Positions 1 to 10,327 of a stretch of 64,000 nucleotides of DNA are shown piece after piece. The notes under the pieces are model-generated. The model saw nothing but the letters and a program-made list of their open reading frames with translations. It searched no databases and was not told where the DNA came from. A program made the translations under genes and the position numbers. Numbering within the stretch: the first letter of the stretch is position 1; every line of letters begins with the position of its first letter. The stretch is from an uncultured Chloroflexia bacterium (GTDB taxonomy: Bacteria > Chloroflexota > Limnocylindria > Limnocylindrales > CSP1-4), in NCBI GenBank assembly GCA_963850555.1, contig CAWKLT010000002.1, forward strand, positions 19,725 to 83,724, given 5' to 3'.

Positions 1-252
1 CACCTCTACCTGACGGTCGAGGTGGTGGACGACAGCGAGATCGACGCGGCGTTCGCCGAGGCGAGGGCGACGGGCCTGCCGGCCGTGCACGGCGAGGTCA
101 TCGAGGGTGACACCGCCGGCTACCACTACTACCCGCGACCCGAGCAGGTTGCCGCGTGGCTGGACGCCGAGGAGCTGGACGTCGTCAGCGAGGGCTACGA
201 CCAGGAGGACGGCTGGGGGTATCGCCACCTGCTGCTGCGCAGCCGCCGGTAG
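1..252 (+). CDS. 3' end of a hypothetical protein CDS (start lies upstream of the window)
   Basis: Frame 1 is open from base 1 (HLYLTVEVVDDSEIDAAF...GWGYRHLLLRSRR) to TAG 250-252. Third codon positions are GC-rich. Family not recognised. Confidence 0.4.
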   Translation, partial: HLYLTVEVVDDSEIDAAFAEARATGLPAVHGEVIEGDTAGYHYYPRPEQVAAWLDAEELDVVSEGYDQEDGWGYRHLLLRSRR

Positions 253-268
253 CGCCGCCCCGTCCGGG

Positions 269-1328
269 TCATGCGCTGAAAGCCTCCAGCGCCTCGCGTT
301 CACGCTCCACGGCGCGTCGATCGCTCGCCGAGAGGTCCTCGAACGGGTCCAGGACGATCCGGCCGTCCTTCGCGGACCAGGCGCCCGCCACGGCGCCGTC
401 CACGAGGTAGGTCCCGACGGAGAACGGCTTGCGGATGCTGAACACGAGCGGTCGATACGGTTCGGGCAAGACCTGGGTCCGTCGCGCGTGGACCAGCAGG
501 TTCGCGTCCCAGTGTGGGAGGAACCGGACCGGCGCCGGCGTGTCCGCGTCGGGCAGCGGCGCATCGGGCAGGTCGACGAGTGCGCGACCCTCCTCGTCGC
601 GGTAGGAGGCCAGCGTCAAGCCCTCGCCGCCGCGCTTCGCGTCCGTGGCGGTGATGCCGGCCCACGAGCCGATGTCTCGCCACGATGCCGGGCCGAACGC
701 GCGCAGGTAGGCGCGGACCAGGTGCGTGAGGCCCTCGGCCTCGGTCGCGTCCGCGCGCGCCCACCCAGTCGTCCGCGAGGGCGAGACGATCGGCACGGCG
801 GCGCTCCCAGGTGCCCGATGGTGGGACGCGGACGAGGTCGACCCATAGTCCGAGGTTTCCCACGAACCCGGCCCCGAGCTCTCCCAGCTCCTTGACCGTT
901 CGTGGGCCGTCCGCGAGGGCTTCGCGGATCCGACCCGCGGCCTCCACCATCGCGGCCTCCCCTGTTCCGCCCGGGATTCGCAGGGCCCACTGCTGTCGCG
1001 CCCGGCGAACGCCGAGGGCATAGCGCCAGTACTCGCGCCTCGACACGATATGGATCGTCACCCGCATCAACGATGCCTGGATGACGCTCCGATCCTCGAG
1101 GGCCGTCGTGAGCGAGTCGCGCGGGAACTCGCGCAGCCTCGTCCATAACCCGACGTAGCCGGACGGCGCGTACTGCGTCTGGAGGCCGCCGACCTGCTCG
1201 ACCGCCTCGGGGATCGAGAGCGTCGAGCGTTCGAGAAGGAGCTGGCGCGCCAGGAGCGCGCGGTTCAACGCGCGCGGGCTGAGGGTCCGGACGGTCACCG
1301 CCTGATGATGGCAGCGGACGGCGGGCAA
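269..1328 (-). CDS. winged-helix DNA-binding protein of the YcaQ/DUF1006 type; reading frame broken once in this sequence
   Basis: N-terminal half is in ORF 300..1328 (LSPRALNRALLARQLLLERS, GGLQTQYAPSGYVGLWTRL). C-terminal half is in ORF 269..1021 (HLVRAYLRAFGPASWRDIGSWAG, FLPHWDANLL, GTYLVDGAVAGAW). The frames meet in the (GC)n run at ~752-765, and the span length is 3n+1. Alternative GTG start at 1298. Confidence 0.65.
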
Positions 1329-1376
1329 GGCATCGCCCGGCCGAGATGACCGGGCGATGGATCTGCCGGGGGCGGG

Positions 1377-1985
1377 TCAGCCGGCGCTGGCGGCGGCCTC
1401 CTCGAAGGTCACCTTGACGTCGTCGGCGTTGACGTCGGTGTCGAAGCGCAGGACGAGGATGCGGTCGTAGCCGACGGCATCGGAGTTCGCCGGTGGCGCT
1501 GCCTGGACGAAACCGAGGTGGTACTTGCCATCGTCCTCGGAGATCGACAGTTCGACCTGCTCGTCACGCGGCAGGCCGACCCAGACGACGCGGAGCGTCG
1601 CCGAGTCGAGGTTCTCGACCTTGACGTCGAACCAGCGGACCGACATGCCGTCGCCGGGCTTGCCGGAGACCGCTCCGTCGAGGATGCCGGTCTCGTCGTC
1701 GATGACGACGGAGACGTCGTGGTCGGTGAGGTTGTCGAGATCGACCGTGATCGGGCCGTCTGCCGGATCATCGGTCGGCTGGGCGGTAGGCTGGGCCGTC
1801 GGCTGCGGAGACGATGGCGCGCCCGTGGCGGCGCTTGGCGGTGTCGACGGGCGATCGCTCGGGGTCGAGGATGGACCGGCGGACCGTCCGAGGGCGCCGC
1901 CGGCGACCACGACGAGCACGGCGAGAACGGCGAAGAGCGCGGCCACGGGAAGGGCCACGCGGGAGATGTTGGAGGAGCGGTTCAT
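1377..1985 (-). CDS. membrane-anchored or secreted hypothetical protein with Pro/Ser/Thr/Ala-rich linker
   Basis: ATG 1985 is preceded by AAGGAA. N-terminal hydrophobic helix VALPVAALFAVLAVLVVVAGGAL, then linker ...PSSPQPTAQPTAQPTDDP, then a ~120-aa acidic domain. No family recognised. Confidence 0.6.
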   Translation of the reverse strand: MNRSSNISRVALPVAALFAVLAVLVVVAGGALGRSAGPSSTPSDRPSTPPSAATGAPSSPQPTAQPTAQPTDDPADGPITVDLDNLTDHDVSVVIDDETGILDGAVSGKPGDGMSVRWFDVKVENLDSATLRVVWVGLPRDEQVELSISEDDGKYHLGFVQAAPPANSDAVGYDRILVLRFDTDVNADDVKVTFEEAAASAG

Positions 1986-2154
1986 CTGGGTTCCTTCTGA
2001 TACCTGGTGAGCCCCGGAACGTCGGGACTGACTTCCGGCATCAGATCACCATGGCGCGCGAGCCGAGCATCCGCGCTGGTCGCATCCTGGGAGCGGACCT
2101 TCGTCCATCCCGCACCCGGCGAGCGTCGATGCGTGTCCGCCGGGGGGCGTGCGG

Positions 2155-2988
2155 CTACTCGCCGCTCGGCTTCCAGCCGACGTCGAGGGGGATCGCGACC
2201 ACGGCTCCATCGCCTGCGGCCCCCGCGAGCACGGTCTCGTCGATCGAGAGCGGCTGGATCCGGTCATACGCGGCGGCAAGCGCGAGCTCCGATCGATAGG
2301 CCGGCTCGATCAGCGTGAGGAGCGGCGTGTAGCGCTCGATGGCGGCATGGATGTCGGCACGCCGCCACAGGAAGATCCCGGCGCTCCAGTACGTCGTCCC
2401 CGAGTCGAACAACTCGCGGGCGCGCGGCGCCGTCGGTTGCGCCTCGTAGCCATCCACCGGAAAGCCACGCAGCGCGCCGGCCCGAAAGGCCTCGCCGAAA
2501 CGCGGCCGGATGTAGCTCCAGCCGGGGTCCCCGTCGGTCGGGGTCACGCCGAATGCCACCAGGGGCGCCGCCAGCCCACTCGGGGTCTCGGTCGCGGTCA
2601 GCGACTCCGCCATCGTGCTCACGGCGCCACGGAACGCGTCGTCGTCCTCGATCTCGTGATCGGCGATGACCACGAGCATCGCCTCGTCCTCGGGTCGCTC
2701 GACGGCCACGGTCGCCAACGTGACCGAGGCAGCGGTGTTGCGATGGATCGGCTCGGCAAGCACGAGGGCATTCGGGACCAGGCTTCGGACCGTCTGCCCA
2801 TGCCGGCGGTCGGTCACGACGACCACGTCGAGCGAGTCGATCAGGGGCGCGAGCCGCTCGACCGTCCGTTCCAGGCCGGTCCGCCCATCCGCGGTCTGCT
2901 GGAAAGCGACCGGTAGCTCACCGCCGGTCGGCGGTCGTTGCCGGGTCCGGCCGTCCGCAAGGATCACCAGGTACATCGGTTGAATCAT
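2155..2988 (-). CDS. sugar-phosphate nucleotidyltransferase (mannose-1-phosphate guanylyltransferase-like)
   Basis: Last 277 codons of ORF 2155..3576, starting at ATG 2988 (MIQPMYLVILADGRTRQ). ATGA overlap with the stop of the upstream MFS gene. The N-terminal LVILADG nucleotide-binding motif and ...TTYWSAGIFLW... resemble ManC-type enzymes. Confidence 0.55.
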   Translation of the reverse strand: MIQPMYLVILADGRTRQRPPTGGELPVAFQQTADGRTGLERTVERLAPLIDSLDVVVVTDRRHGQTVRSLVPNALVLAEPIHRNTAASVTLATVAVERPEDEAMLVVIADHEIEDDDAFRGAVSTMAESLTATETPSGLAAPLVAFGVTPTDGDPGWSYIRPRFGEAFRAGALRGFPVDGYEAQPTAPRARELFDSGTTYWSAGIFLWRRADIHAAIERYTPLLTLIEPAYRSELALAAAYDRIQPLSIDETVLAGAAGDGAVVAIPLDVGWKPSGE

Positions 2989-4190
2989 GCCCCATGCAGG
3001 ATGGGTCGGCGGATGCCACGGCGCAGTCGCTCGGGCGAGAGCAACGTGCAGCACCCGACCAGCACGACGCCGATCACGACGAGCAACCAGAGGCTCGTCT
3101 CGAAATCGCCGGTCAGGTCTCGCGCCGCACCGAGGATGAACGGGCCCAGGGACGACAGGATGTAGCCCCCGAACAGCATCAAGGCGGCGACCGAGCCCAC
3201 CTGGCCGGGATCGTCGGTCACGTCCAGTGGCAGCGTCAGGACGAGGGGAAAGACCGCGCCGAGGGCGAGGCCAAGGACGGCGATCCAGCCGTAGGCCAGC
3301 GTCGGCGCGACGATGATGCCGGCGAGTGCCGCGGTTGCGACGACGGATGAGGCGAGCAGCTGCGGTCGCCGGGCTCCGAGCCGGTCGGCCACGAGGGGCA
3401 CGCCGATCGTCGTCACGAGGCCCACGCCGTTGAACACGGCGATGAGCGAGCCCGCGTCCGCCGTCGACCAGCCCCGTTCCACGAACGCATTGGGCAACCA
3501 CGCGACGATCCCGTAGTACATGAGGGACTGGAGCCCGAACAGGAGCACGAGCAGCCAGCCCGTGCCGCTGCGCCACGGGAGCCGCCTCGCCGTGGGATCC
3601 AGCCTCGGGACCCTGCCCTCTCCGCGGACGAGCAGGAGCCAGGCCGCGATCGAAAGGATCGACACGGCCGACAGCAGCAGGAGGGAGAGCCGCCAGTCAC
3701 CGCCCAGCGCCAGTGGCACGGCCACCGCGGCGGCGATCGTCGAGCCCGTCACGATGCCACCGGCGTAGGCACCAGTACCCAGCGCCGGCCGTTCCGGCAT
3801 CCGCTGCGAGACGATCATCGACGGGATGGCGCCGGCGATCCCGACGCCGACCCCGAGCCCGAGCGTGGCCAGGAGGATGAGCGGGAAGTTCGGTGCCACG
3901 GCGCGCAGCAAGCCGAACGCGACGATGAGCCCGAGGCACACCGCGAAGGCCGTCCGCGGGCCGAGTCGCGCCGCGAAGCGCGGGCCGATCGGGGCGAAGA
4001 TCCCCATGCACAGCACCGGGATCGTCGTCAGGAGGCCGCCCAGGCTCGCCGGCAGGTCGAGATCCTCGCGGATCAGGGGCAGCAGCGGCCCGATCGCGAG
4101 CAGCTGCGGGCGCAGGGCCACCGATGCCAGGAACAGCCCGACGACGACGCCGAGCGGGATGCGCACGTCCGGGGCGGGTCGTTCGGGCAT
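2985..4190 (-). CDS. MFS transporter (CynX/NimT-like permease)
   Basis: Intact 401-aa ORF with about 12 hydrophobic helices (GVVVGLFLASVALRP, LLVLLFGLQSLMYYGIVAWLP, VFPLVLTLPLD). Its stop overlaps the ATG of the downstream gene. Confidence 0.75.
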   Translation of the reverse strand: MPERPAPDVRIPLGVVVGLFLASVALRPQLLAIGPLLPLIREDLDLPASLGGLLTTIPVLCMGIFAPIGPRFAARLGPRTAFAVCLGLIVAFGLLRAVAPNFPLILLATLGLGVGVGIAGAIPSMIVSQRMPERPALGTGAYAGGIVTGSTIAAAVAVPLALGGDWRLSLLLLSAVSILSIAAWLLLVRGEGRVPRLDPTARRLPWRSGTGWLLVLLFGLQSLMYYGIVAWLPNAFVERGWSTADAGSLIAVFNGVGLVTTIGVPLVADRLGARRPQLLASSVVATAALAGIIVAPTLAYGWIAVLGLALGAVFPLVLTLPLDVTDDPGQVGSVAALMLFGGYILSSLGPFILGAARDLTGDFETSLWLLVVIGVVLVGCCTLLSPERLRRGIRRPILHGA

Positions 4191-4277
4191 CCGTGCACGC
4201 TACCGCAGCCCGACTCGTCCGCGCTTGGGGCAAGATGAGCCGTCACGAGCGGGACGCAGGAAACGGAGGGGTGGGCA

Positions 4278-5707
4278 ATGACGGACGGGTTGACGCGCTC
4301 GACGCGGCGATCAACGGATCGAGCGCTCCTGCAGCGGACGGCCGAGCTGGCCGCCGATTTCCTGGAGTCGCTGGACGAGCGGCCGGTCGCCCCGCGAGCC
4401 GGACGCGACGAGCTCCTGGCCTCGCTCGGCGGTCCCCTGCCCGGGGCCGGGATACCGGCGACGGACGTGATCGAGGACCTGGCTCGAGATGGCGAGCCCG
4501 GCGTCGTGGGGATGGCCGGGCCGCGCTACTTCGGATTCGTGATCGGCGGGTCCTTGCCGGCGGCGCTGGCCGCCGATTGGCTGACGTCGACCTGGGACCA
4601 GAATGCGGGGCTCTTTGCCGCGGGTCCGTCCGCATCCGTCGTCGAGGAGGTGATCGGATCCTGGCTGGTGGACCTGCTGGGCCTCCCCGAAGGCACGAGC
4701 ATCGGCCTCACGACGGGCTGCCAGATGGCGCATGTCACGTGCCTGGCCGCGGCGCGGCACCGGGTCCTCGAGCGGGCCGGCTGGGACGTCGAGGACCGCG
4801 GGCTGTTCGGTGCCCCCGAGATCGCGGTCGTCATCGGTTCGGAGGCGCACGCCACGATCCCGACGGCGTTGCAGTACCTGGGGATGGGCCGCTCCCGGGT
4901 GATCTCCGTGGAATCCGACGAGCAGGGCCGCATGCGGCTGGATTCGCTCGCCGAGGCGCTCCCGGCCGGAAACGGGCCGCTGATCGTGTCGCTCCAGGCG
5001 GGCAACGTGAACACGGGCTCGTTCGACCCGATCGGGCCGGCCATCGAGCTCATCCGCGACCGGCACCCCGAGGCGTGGATCCACATCGACGGGGCGTTCG
5101 GCCTGTGGGCGGCGGCGAGCCCCGCCTACCGCCACCTCCTCGACGGGCATGCGGGAGCCGACTCGTGGGCCACCGACGGCCACAAGTGGCTCAACGTGCC
5201 GTACGACTGCGGCTACGCGTTCGTGCGCGACCCGAGCGCCCACGCCGATGCCCTGTCGCCGCAGGGTGCGGCCTACATCGTCTACGGGTCGGCGGAACGC
5301 GACGAGTTCCGCTGGGTGCCGGAGTATTCGCGCCGGGCGCGTGGCTTCCCGACGTACGCGGCGCTTCGGTCACTCGGCCGGGACGGCGTGCGCGAGATGG
5401 TCGAGCGCGGCTGCCGGTTGGCGACGTCGCATGGCCGATGGGCTGCGCGCCAGCGGGGTCGAGATCCTCAACGACGTCGTCCTCGACCAGATCCTCGCGC
5501 GGTTCCACCCTGCGGACGGCGGGGACGCCGATGCGTGGACTCGGCGAGGTCATCTCGCGCGTCCAGGCTGACGGCACGTGCTGGCTGTCGGGCACGACGT
5601 GGCACGGCATGGCGGCGATGCGGATCTCGATCGTGAACTGGTCGACGACCGAGGACGACATCGACCGCTCCCTGGCCGCGATCCTCGAGGCGGCCCGCGT
5701 CGGTTGA
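4278..5707 (+). CDS. PLP-dependent group II decarboxylase family protein; frame broken twice in this sequence
   Basis: ORF 4278..5636 carries the PLP-lysine motif SWATDGHKWLNVPYDCG. The continuation RRMADGLRASGVEILNDVVLDQILARF is in ORF 5149..5571, and the C-terminus EVISRVQADGTCWLSGTTWHGMAAMRISIVNWSTTEDDI is in ORF 4124..5707. Extra bases lie at ~5424 and ~5545, and the span length is 3n+2. Confidence 0.75.
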
Positions 5708-5722
5708 GCCCGGGCCGATCGC

Positions 5723-6836
5723 TCAGAAGGTCGTGTCGATCTCGTGCGAGCGGCCGTCATCGATCGAGGCGTACGCCGCGAGCGTGACCTCGAGGACGTG
5801 GCGGGCGTGCTCGGCCGTCAGGACCGGCTCGACACCCGTCGCGCAGGCAGGCGACGAAATGGCGTGCCCCGGCCTCGACGATGCCGAAGCCGTCCTTCGG
5901 GATCTCGATGCCGTGCTGCCAGCCCTCTCGTGCCGCGGGGCTGTCGTCATCGACGTACAGGCTGACCGGATCGTCTTCGTCGTAGCCCGGACCGCTGAAG
6001 CTCAGCGTGGCCATCGGGAAATGCAGCTCCAGCCAAGGGGCGAGCGAGCTGGGCGTGCCGAAGCTCGCCAGCAGCTGGCCGAGGGCCCCGTTCGCGAACT
6101 GCAGGTTGATCAGGACGTGGTCGGGCGTCGTGACCTCGATCGTGCGGCCGGTCAGCGGGCCGCCGCGGACCACCCGGGTCGGTGACGCGATCGTGCCCAT
6201 CGCCTGGACCCGCGCGACCGGCCCGAGCAGCATCGTCAGCGCGTGCAGGCGATACACGCCATGGTCGAAGACCGGGCCCACGCCTTCGCCGTAGAACGGT
6301 GTCGGGTCGCCGGTGTACTCGCGCCACGCCGCCGGGCCGGGATCCGCGTGGTGCGTCACGGCCAGCGTGGGCGCGCCGTAGCGTCCCGAAGCGATGAGCT
6401 CGGCCAGCCAGCGGAAGCGGCTCGTGACGGCCACGCCGGGGGCGCACAGGAACCGGACACCACGCTCCCGGGCCGTGGCGATCAGCCGGTCCGCCTCCGC
6501 AACGCTGGCCGCCGGCGGCTTCTCCGAGTACAGGTGGAGGCCCGCCTCGAGGATCGACAGGTTGACCGCGCCGTGCCGGGGCGCCGGGACCAGGTCGATG
6601 GCCGCCTCCGCAACGCCGTCGGCCAGCATCGCGTCGAGATCCGTGTACGGCGCTGCCCCGGGCGACCAGGCGTCGACGCTCGCTGCAGCGCGCTCGGCGG
6701 CACCAGGCCGCGGATCCACGAACGCCGTGATGGCGACCTGCGCGGCCAGGGGCTCGAGCGCAGGCAGGTAGTGGCGGTACGCGACGTCGCCCGTGCCGAC
6801 GATCGCGAGCCTGAGCTTGGGTTCGGCGGCGGGCAT
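5723..6836 (-). CDS. Gfo/Idh/MocA family oxidoreductase; frame broken once
   Basis: ORF 5757..6836 has a Rossmann N-terminus LRLAIVGTGDVAYRHYLPAL and HLYSEKPPA (EKP motif). The C-terminus GVEPVLTAEHARHVLEVTLAAYASIDDGRSHEIDTTF is in ORF 5723..5950. The junction is at ~5833, and the span length is 3n+1. Confidence 0.75.
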
Positions 6837-6904
6837 GGACGGAGCCTACCCGCCGCCGACCTCGGTTGCCGGGCGACCCGGCGTGGCGTGTCTAAAGCCG
6901 ACGG

Positions 6905-8243
6905 TTACGCCGCGTCCACCTCGACGGGTTCGCCGATCTCGATCGGGTTGTTGATCGGGTCCTGGCTCCACTCGAACCAGCCGCCGTCGTAGACCGCGAC
7001 GCGCGGCCAGTCCTGGAGGTACGCGTAGAACCAGGTCTCGCTGGCCCGCCAGCCGGTGCCGCAGTAGAACGCGACCCACTTGTCGGCGGTGATCCCGGCC
7101 TCGGCCCAGTTGGCGGCGATCTCCGGGTACGCCCGCATCGTGTTGTCGACGTTGCGGTAGTGCTGCATGTGGTACGCGTCGGTCCCGCAGTTGCCCCAGA
7201 CGTCGCCCTTGATCCGGCCCGCCGGGCCGATGTAGTTGTAGCCGCTGACGTTGCCGATGTGCTCGCGCCAGGTCCGGATGCTGACGAGCGCGGCCCCCTC
7301 GGGGTCCGCGATGATCTGCTTGGCCTCGTCGATGTCGACGATGACCTCCGGCCGAAGCGGGATCTGCACGCCGAACTCAGCCACGGGAGTCGGCTCGACC
7401 GGCTCGATCTGGAGCGGGATTGCCGGTCCGGACCCACCAGTCGTAGCCGCCATCGAGCAGGCGGACGTCGTCGACGCCGGCGTAGCGCAGGATCATCAGT
7501 GCCCGCGTCGCCGCGATCTGGCCGGCCCGACGTCCGGGCCACTTCTCGTTGGCGTGGCCCTCCGTGTCACGGCCATAGACCACGACCGTGGTGTCGTGGG
7601 TGATGCCGAGGGCGCGTAGCGCGGTCTCGATCGCCTCCGGGGACCGGCGGTTCCAGTCAGCGGGATCCTCGAGCCAGTTCGTATCGAGGTAGTGGGCACC
7701 CGGGATGTGGCCCTCGGCGTATTCCTCGGGCACCCCGAAGTTCACGTGGAAGAGCAGGAACTTGCCCTCAGGCGCAGCTTCCGGGCGCTCGCCCGCGAGT
7801 ACCTGACGAAGCCAGTCGATGTGCACGAGCTTGTCGTACTTCGGCAGGCGCTCGACCGGCAGGTCCGGATCGGCCGCCCAGGCCGAGAAGCCGTCGGCGT
7901 AGATGCGGACGTTCTCGATGCCGAGCTCAGCCAGGCCCGTTGCGACGGCCTGGGCATCTTCGGACCGGGCGCCGTAGACGACGACGTCCCGCCCCGCGAC
8001 GACGCCCTTCTCGTCGAGGATGCGGCGGATCTCGGGTTGATCGACGCTGGTGAGCCAGGCGCTCGGGAACGCGACGGCGCCCGGGAGATGGCCGCCACGG
8101 GCCTCCCCTTCCAGGCGCCAACCGTTGTAGCCGGTCAGCGGACGGGCATCGATCACGGTCAGTTGCGGATCGCCGAGGCGATCACGGAGCTCGGTGGTCG
8201 AGATCGTGGGAGTCGTGCTCGCGATCTCGTGGAGGATGGTCAT
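6905..8243 (-). CDS. multi-domain (three rhodanese modules) thiosulfate/3-mercaptopyruvate-type sulfurtransferase; frame broken once
   Basis: ORF 7377..8243 holds two rhodanese modules (LTVIDARPLTGYNGW..., EGHIPGAHYLD). ORF 6905..7453 holds a third with the active-site loop FYCGTGWRASE. The frames meet at ~7412-7432, and the span length is 3n+1. Confidence 0.75.
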
Positions 8244-8465
8244 GTAGTGTGTCCCTCAGTAGTGCTCGTGGCGTTTGCGCCGGACAAGACAAAACCCCTG
8301 CCGTGCAGGGGTCCGGTGGGTGAGCGGCGTGCGGTTTACGCGGTTCGCACGCCTAGATACACCACCTGCCCTGCTCGGCATGGGTGGGACACAGACAGCG
8401 GCGCTTGGCGATCGCGTGACGGTGCATCGTCCGCGGAGTGTGCCATCCGCGCCGACTCCTGACAA
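8244..8465 (-). promoter_or_regulatory. candidate promoter plus ~185-nt structured leader (riboswitch- or attenuator-like, class unknown) upstream of the sulfurtransferase gene
   Basis: On the minus strand: TTGTCA (8465-8460), 17 nt, CACACT (8442-8437) followed by CCGC. The leader has nested GC hairpins and a GGTGG segment that can pair with either of two CCACC segments. It ends in a hairpin plus U-tract (8311-8291) about 45 nt before SD GAGGGA and ATG 8243. Confidence 0.35.
8291..8311 (-). terminator. intrinsic-terminator-like hairpin inside the sulfurtransferase leader
   Basis: Minus-strand RNA reads CCCCUGC-ACG-GCAGGGG followed by UUUU (plus strand aaaa cccctgc cgt gcagggg). It lies 230 nt downstream of the GNAT stop and 48 nt upstream of ATG 8243. 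Confidence 0.45.
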
Positions 8466-8539
8466 GCCTCGTTCTCGGAGGGTGGCTGCCGGCGCTCTCT
8501 CAGGGTGACCGGGACCGGCGATAGATCGCGCCTCGGCCG

Positions 8540-9067
8540 TCAGCCGGCCCCATACGCGTCGGCGTCGAGCACCCAGTGATTGCAGGCCAGTCGCCGGCCC
8601 GCGTACAGCACGGTCTCCTCCCCGACATTCTCGAAGCCGGCTTTCCGGCAGACCGCGTTGGATGGGCCGTTCGAGGCGCCCGGGAATGCGTGGATGTCAC
8701 CCCACCGTCCATCCTCGCGCGCTCGCGCGATGAGCAGCCGCAGGGCCTCCGTCGCCAGGCCGCGACCCTGGTATTCATGGAGGATCGCCCAACCGGCTTC
8801 GCTGCGCAGCTCCCCGGCCACGGCGTCCGACCAGAGGCAGATCGTGCCGACCGCCGTGCCCTCGGGCTCGAGCTCCACGGTGAAGTACCACAGCCGATCC
8901 GCGGCCATCCCTTCCAGCCGGCGAGCGTGGATCCCCGGGATGTCGGCCTCGGGGAGTGGGCCGCCGAGGTCGGCCATCATGACCGGGCTCGTCTCGATCG
9001 TTTCGGTCAGCCAGCGATCCTCGTCCGTGTAGGGGCGGAGCCGGAGCTGGGCGGTCGGCGTGGGCAT
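8540..9067 (-). CDS. GNAT family N-acetyltransferase
   Basis: Intact 175-aa ORF. The acetyl-CoA-binding segment is HEYQGRGLATEALRLLI (Q/R-x-x-G-x-G/A), and ...NAVCRKAGFENVGE is typical of RimJ/RimL-like GNATs. Confidence 0.8.
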   Translation of the reverse strand: MPTPTAQLRLRPYTDEDRWLTETIETSPVMMADLGGPLPEADIPGIHARRLEGMAADRLWYFTVELEPEGTAVGTICLWSDAVAGELRSEAGWAILHEYQGRGLATEALRLLIARAREDGRWGDIHAFPGASNGPSNAVCRKAGFENVGEETVLYAGRRLACNHWVLDADAYGAG

Positions 9068-9161
9068 GGCACCACGATACCGAACACGCTCCGAGCGGTC
9101 TGCCTGCCGGCCGCAGGTGCCCGCGTTGGACGGTCCGATCCTGGCCCGCTAGCCTGCCGGG

Positions 9162-9579
9162 GTGCCAACCGTGCGGTTCCCGATCCGCCTCGGACGACGA
9201 TCGCGGCCGCTGCTCCGCCTGTTCGGGGTCGGCGGCCCGGGGGATGCCTGGGTCGAGCTCCGCGATGAGCGATCTGGAGGCGCGGTTCGGGCAGGCTGGC
9301 TGCGTGACGCCCCTGGCGAACATCGCCGGCTGGCGCATCGAGGGCCCGTGGCTATGGATCACGGCGATCGGCGTTCGGATGAGCCTGCGCCACCGGGACA
9401 TCACGTTCGGAGGATCGCCTCACGGCGGCGTCCGGCTGGACTTCGTGGAGCGTGTCCGGGTCGGGCCGCTCCGGGTCCCGGCGCTGTACGTCACCGTCGA
9501 CGATCTCGAGGGATTCGCGGCGGCCCTCGCCGAGCGTGGGATCGGGGGCGTCGATGCGCGGAAACGGATCGTGCCCTGA
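9162..9579 (+). CDS. hypothetical protein; frame broken once
   Basis: The start of ORF 9162.. (VPTVRFPIRLGRRSRPLLRLFGVGGPGDAWVEL) continues in ORF 9244..9579 (DLEARFGQAGCVTPLANIAGWRIEGPWLWITAIGVRMSLRH...). The junction is at ~9261-9270, and the span length is 3n+1. No family recognised. Confidence 0.45.
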
Positions 9580-9685
9580 CGCTCGGACGTCGCCGTCCGG
9601 CCCGGGCACCTGGTTCGCGCGTGCAAGGGTACGGTATGGCCATGGACCATCGATGTGAGCCGACCCGACGCAGGCTACCCGGACC

Positions 9686-10327
9686 GTGAATCTGATCCCC
9701 GAGCGCCGATCCACGACGCGCAACGAGCGCGTCCTCGACGCCGTGACCCTGGCGGCCAAGGTCGCCACGATCGGCTTCGGGGTCGATGCCCTGCTCCATC
9801 ACGCGTCGCCCCGCCTGCGCGGCAAGGCGATCCGGACGCGGGCCATCGGCTACAGCGCGGCCTTGCTGCTCGTCCCGATCGCCTGGCGCGTGCTGCCGGG
9901 CCCGCGCGATCCATACCCGCGGGCCCTCGATCTCGCGGTGACGCTGCCTCTGCTCGCGGACGCCGCCGGCAACGCGTTCGGCGTCTACGAGCGCGTGCGG
10001 GTCGATGATGCCGTCCACACGGCGAACGCCGCGCTCCTCGCGGGTGTCAGCGGATCGCTGATCGCGCCCCACGTGGACGAGCGCTGGCAGGCGGCACTTG
10101 CCGGGGGCGCGATCGCCATCGCGGGAGAGACGCTCTGGGAGACGATGGAGTACCTGGCGTGGCGGCTTGGCCAGGGAGGCATGGACCTCACGTACGAGGA
10201 CACGATGGACGACATCATCGGCACCTGGATCGGTGCCGTGGTCGGCGCGCTGTACATCCTTACCCGGGCGCCTCGGCAGAAGTCGACCCGCGAACGGCGC
10301 GGTTGGCGCGCCATCCTGGGTGCCTGA
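9686..10327 (+). CDS. hypothetical integral membrane protein
   Basis: Intact 213-aa ORF with 4-5 hydrophobic segments (VTLAAKVATIGFGVDALL, IGYSAALLLVPIAW, AALLAGVSGSLIA, IIGTWIGAVVGALYIL). Its stop overlaps the GTG of the next gene. Confidence 0.6.
   Translation: MNLIPERRSTTRNERVLDAVTLAAKVATIGFGVDALLHHASPRLRGKAIRTRAIGYSAALLLVPIAWRVLPGPRDPYPRALDLAVTLPLLADAAGNAFGVYERVRVDDAVHTANAALLAGVSGSLIAPHVDERWQAALAGGAIAIAGETLWETMEYLAWRLGQGGMDLTYEDTMDDIIGTWIGAVVGALYILTRAPRQKSTRERRGWRAILGA

Noticed and set aside
8244-8465. Assigning the sulfurtransferase leader to a known class (T-box because of AGAGA and GGUGGU strings; SAM-I/IV, Moco, cobalamin, ZTP).
   Set aside because: Only fragmentary resemblance. The core consensus blocks I remember for these classes are absent or fall upstream of the predicted promoter. 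It is left as class unknown.
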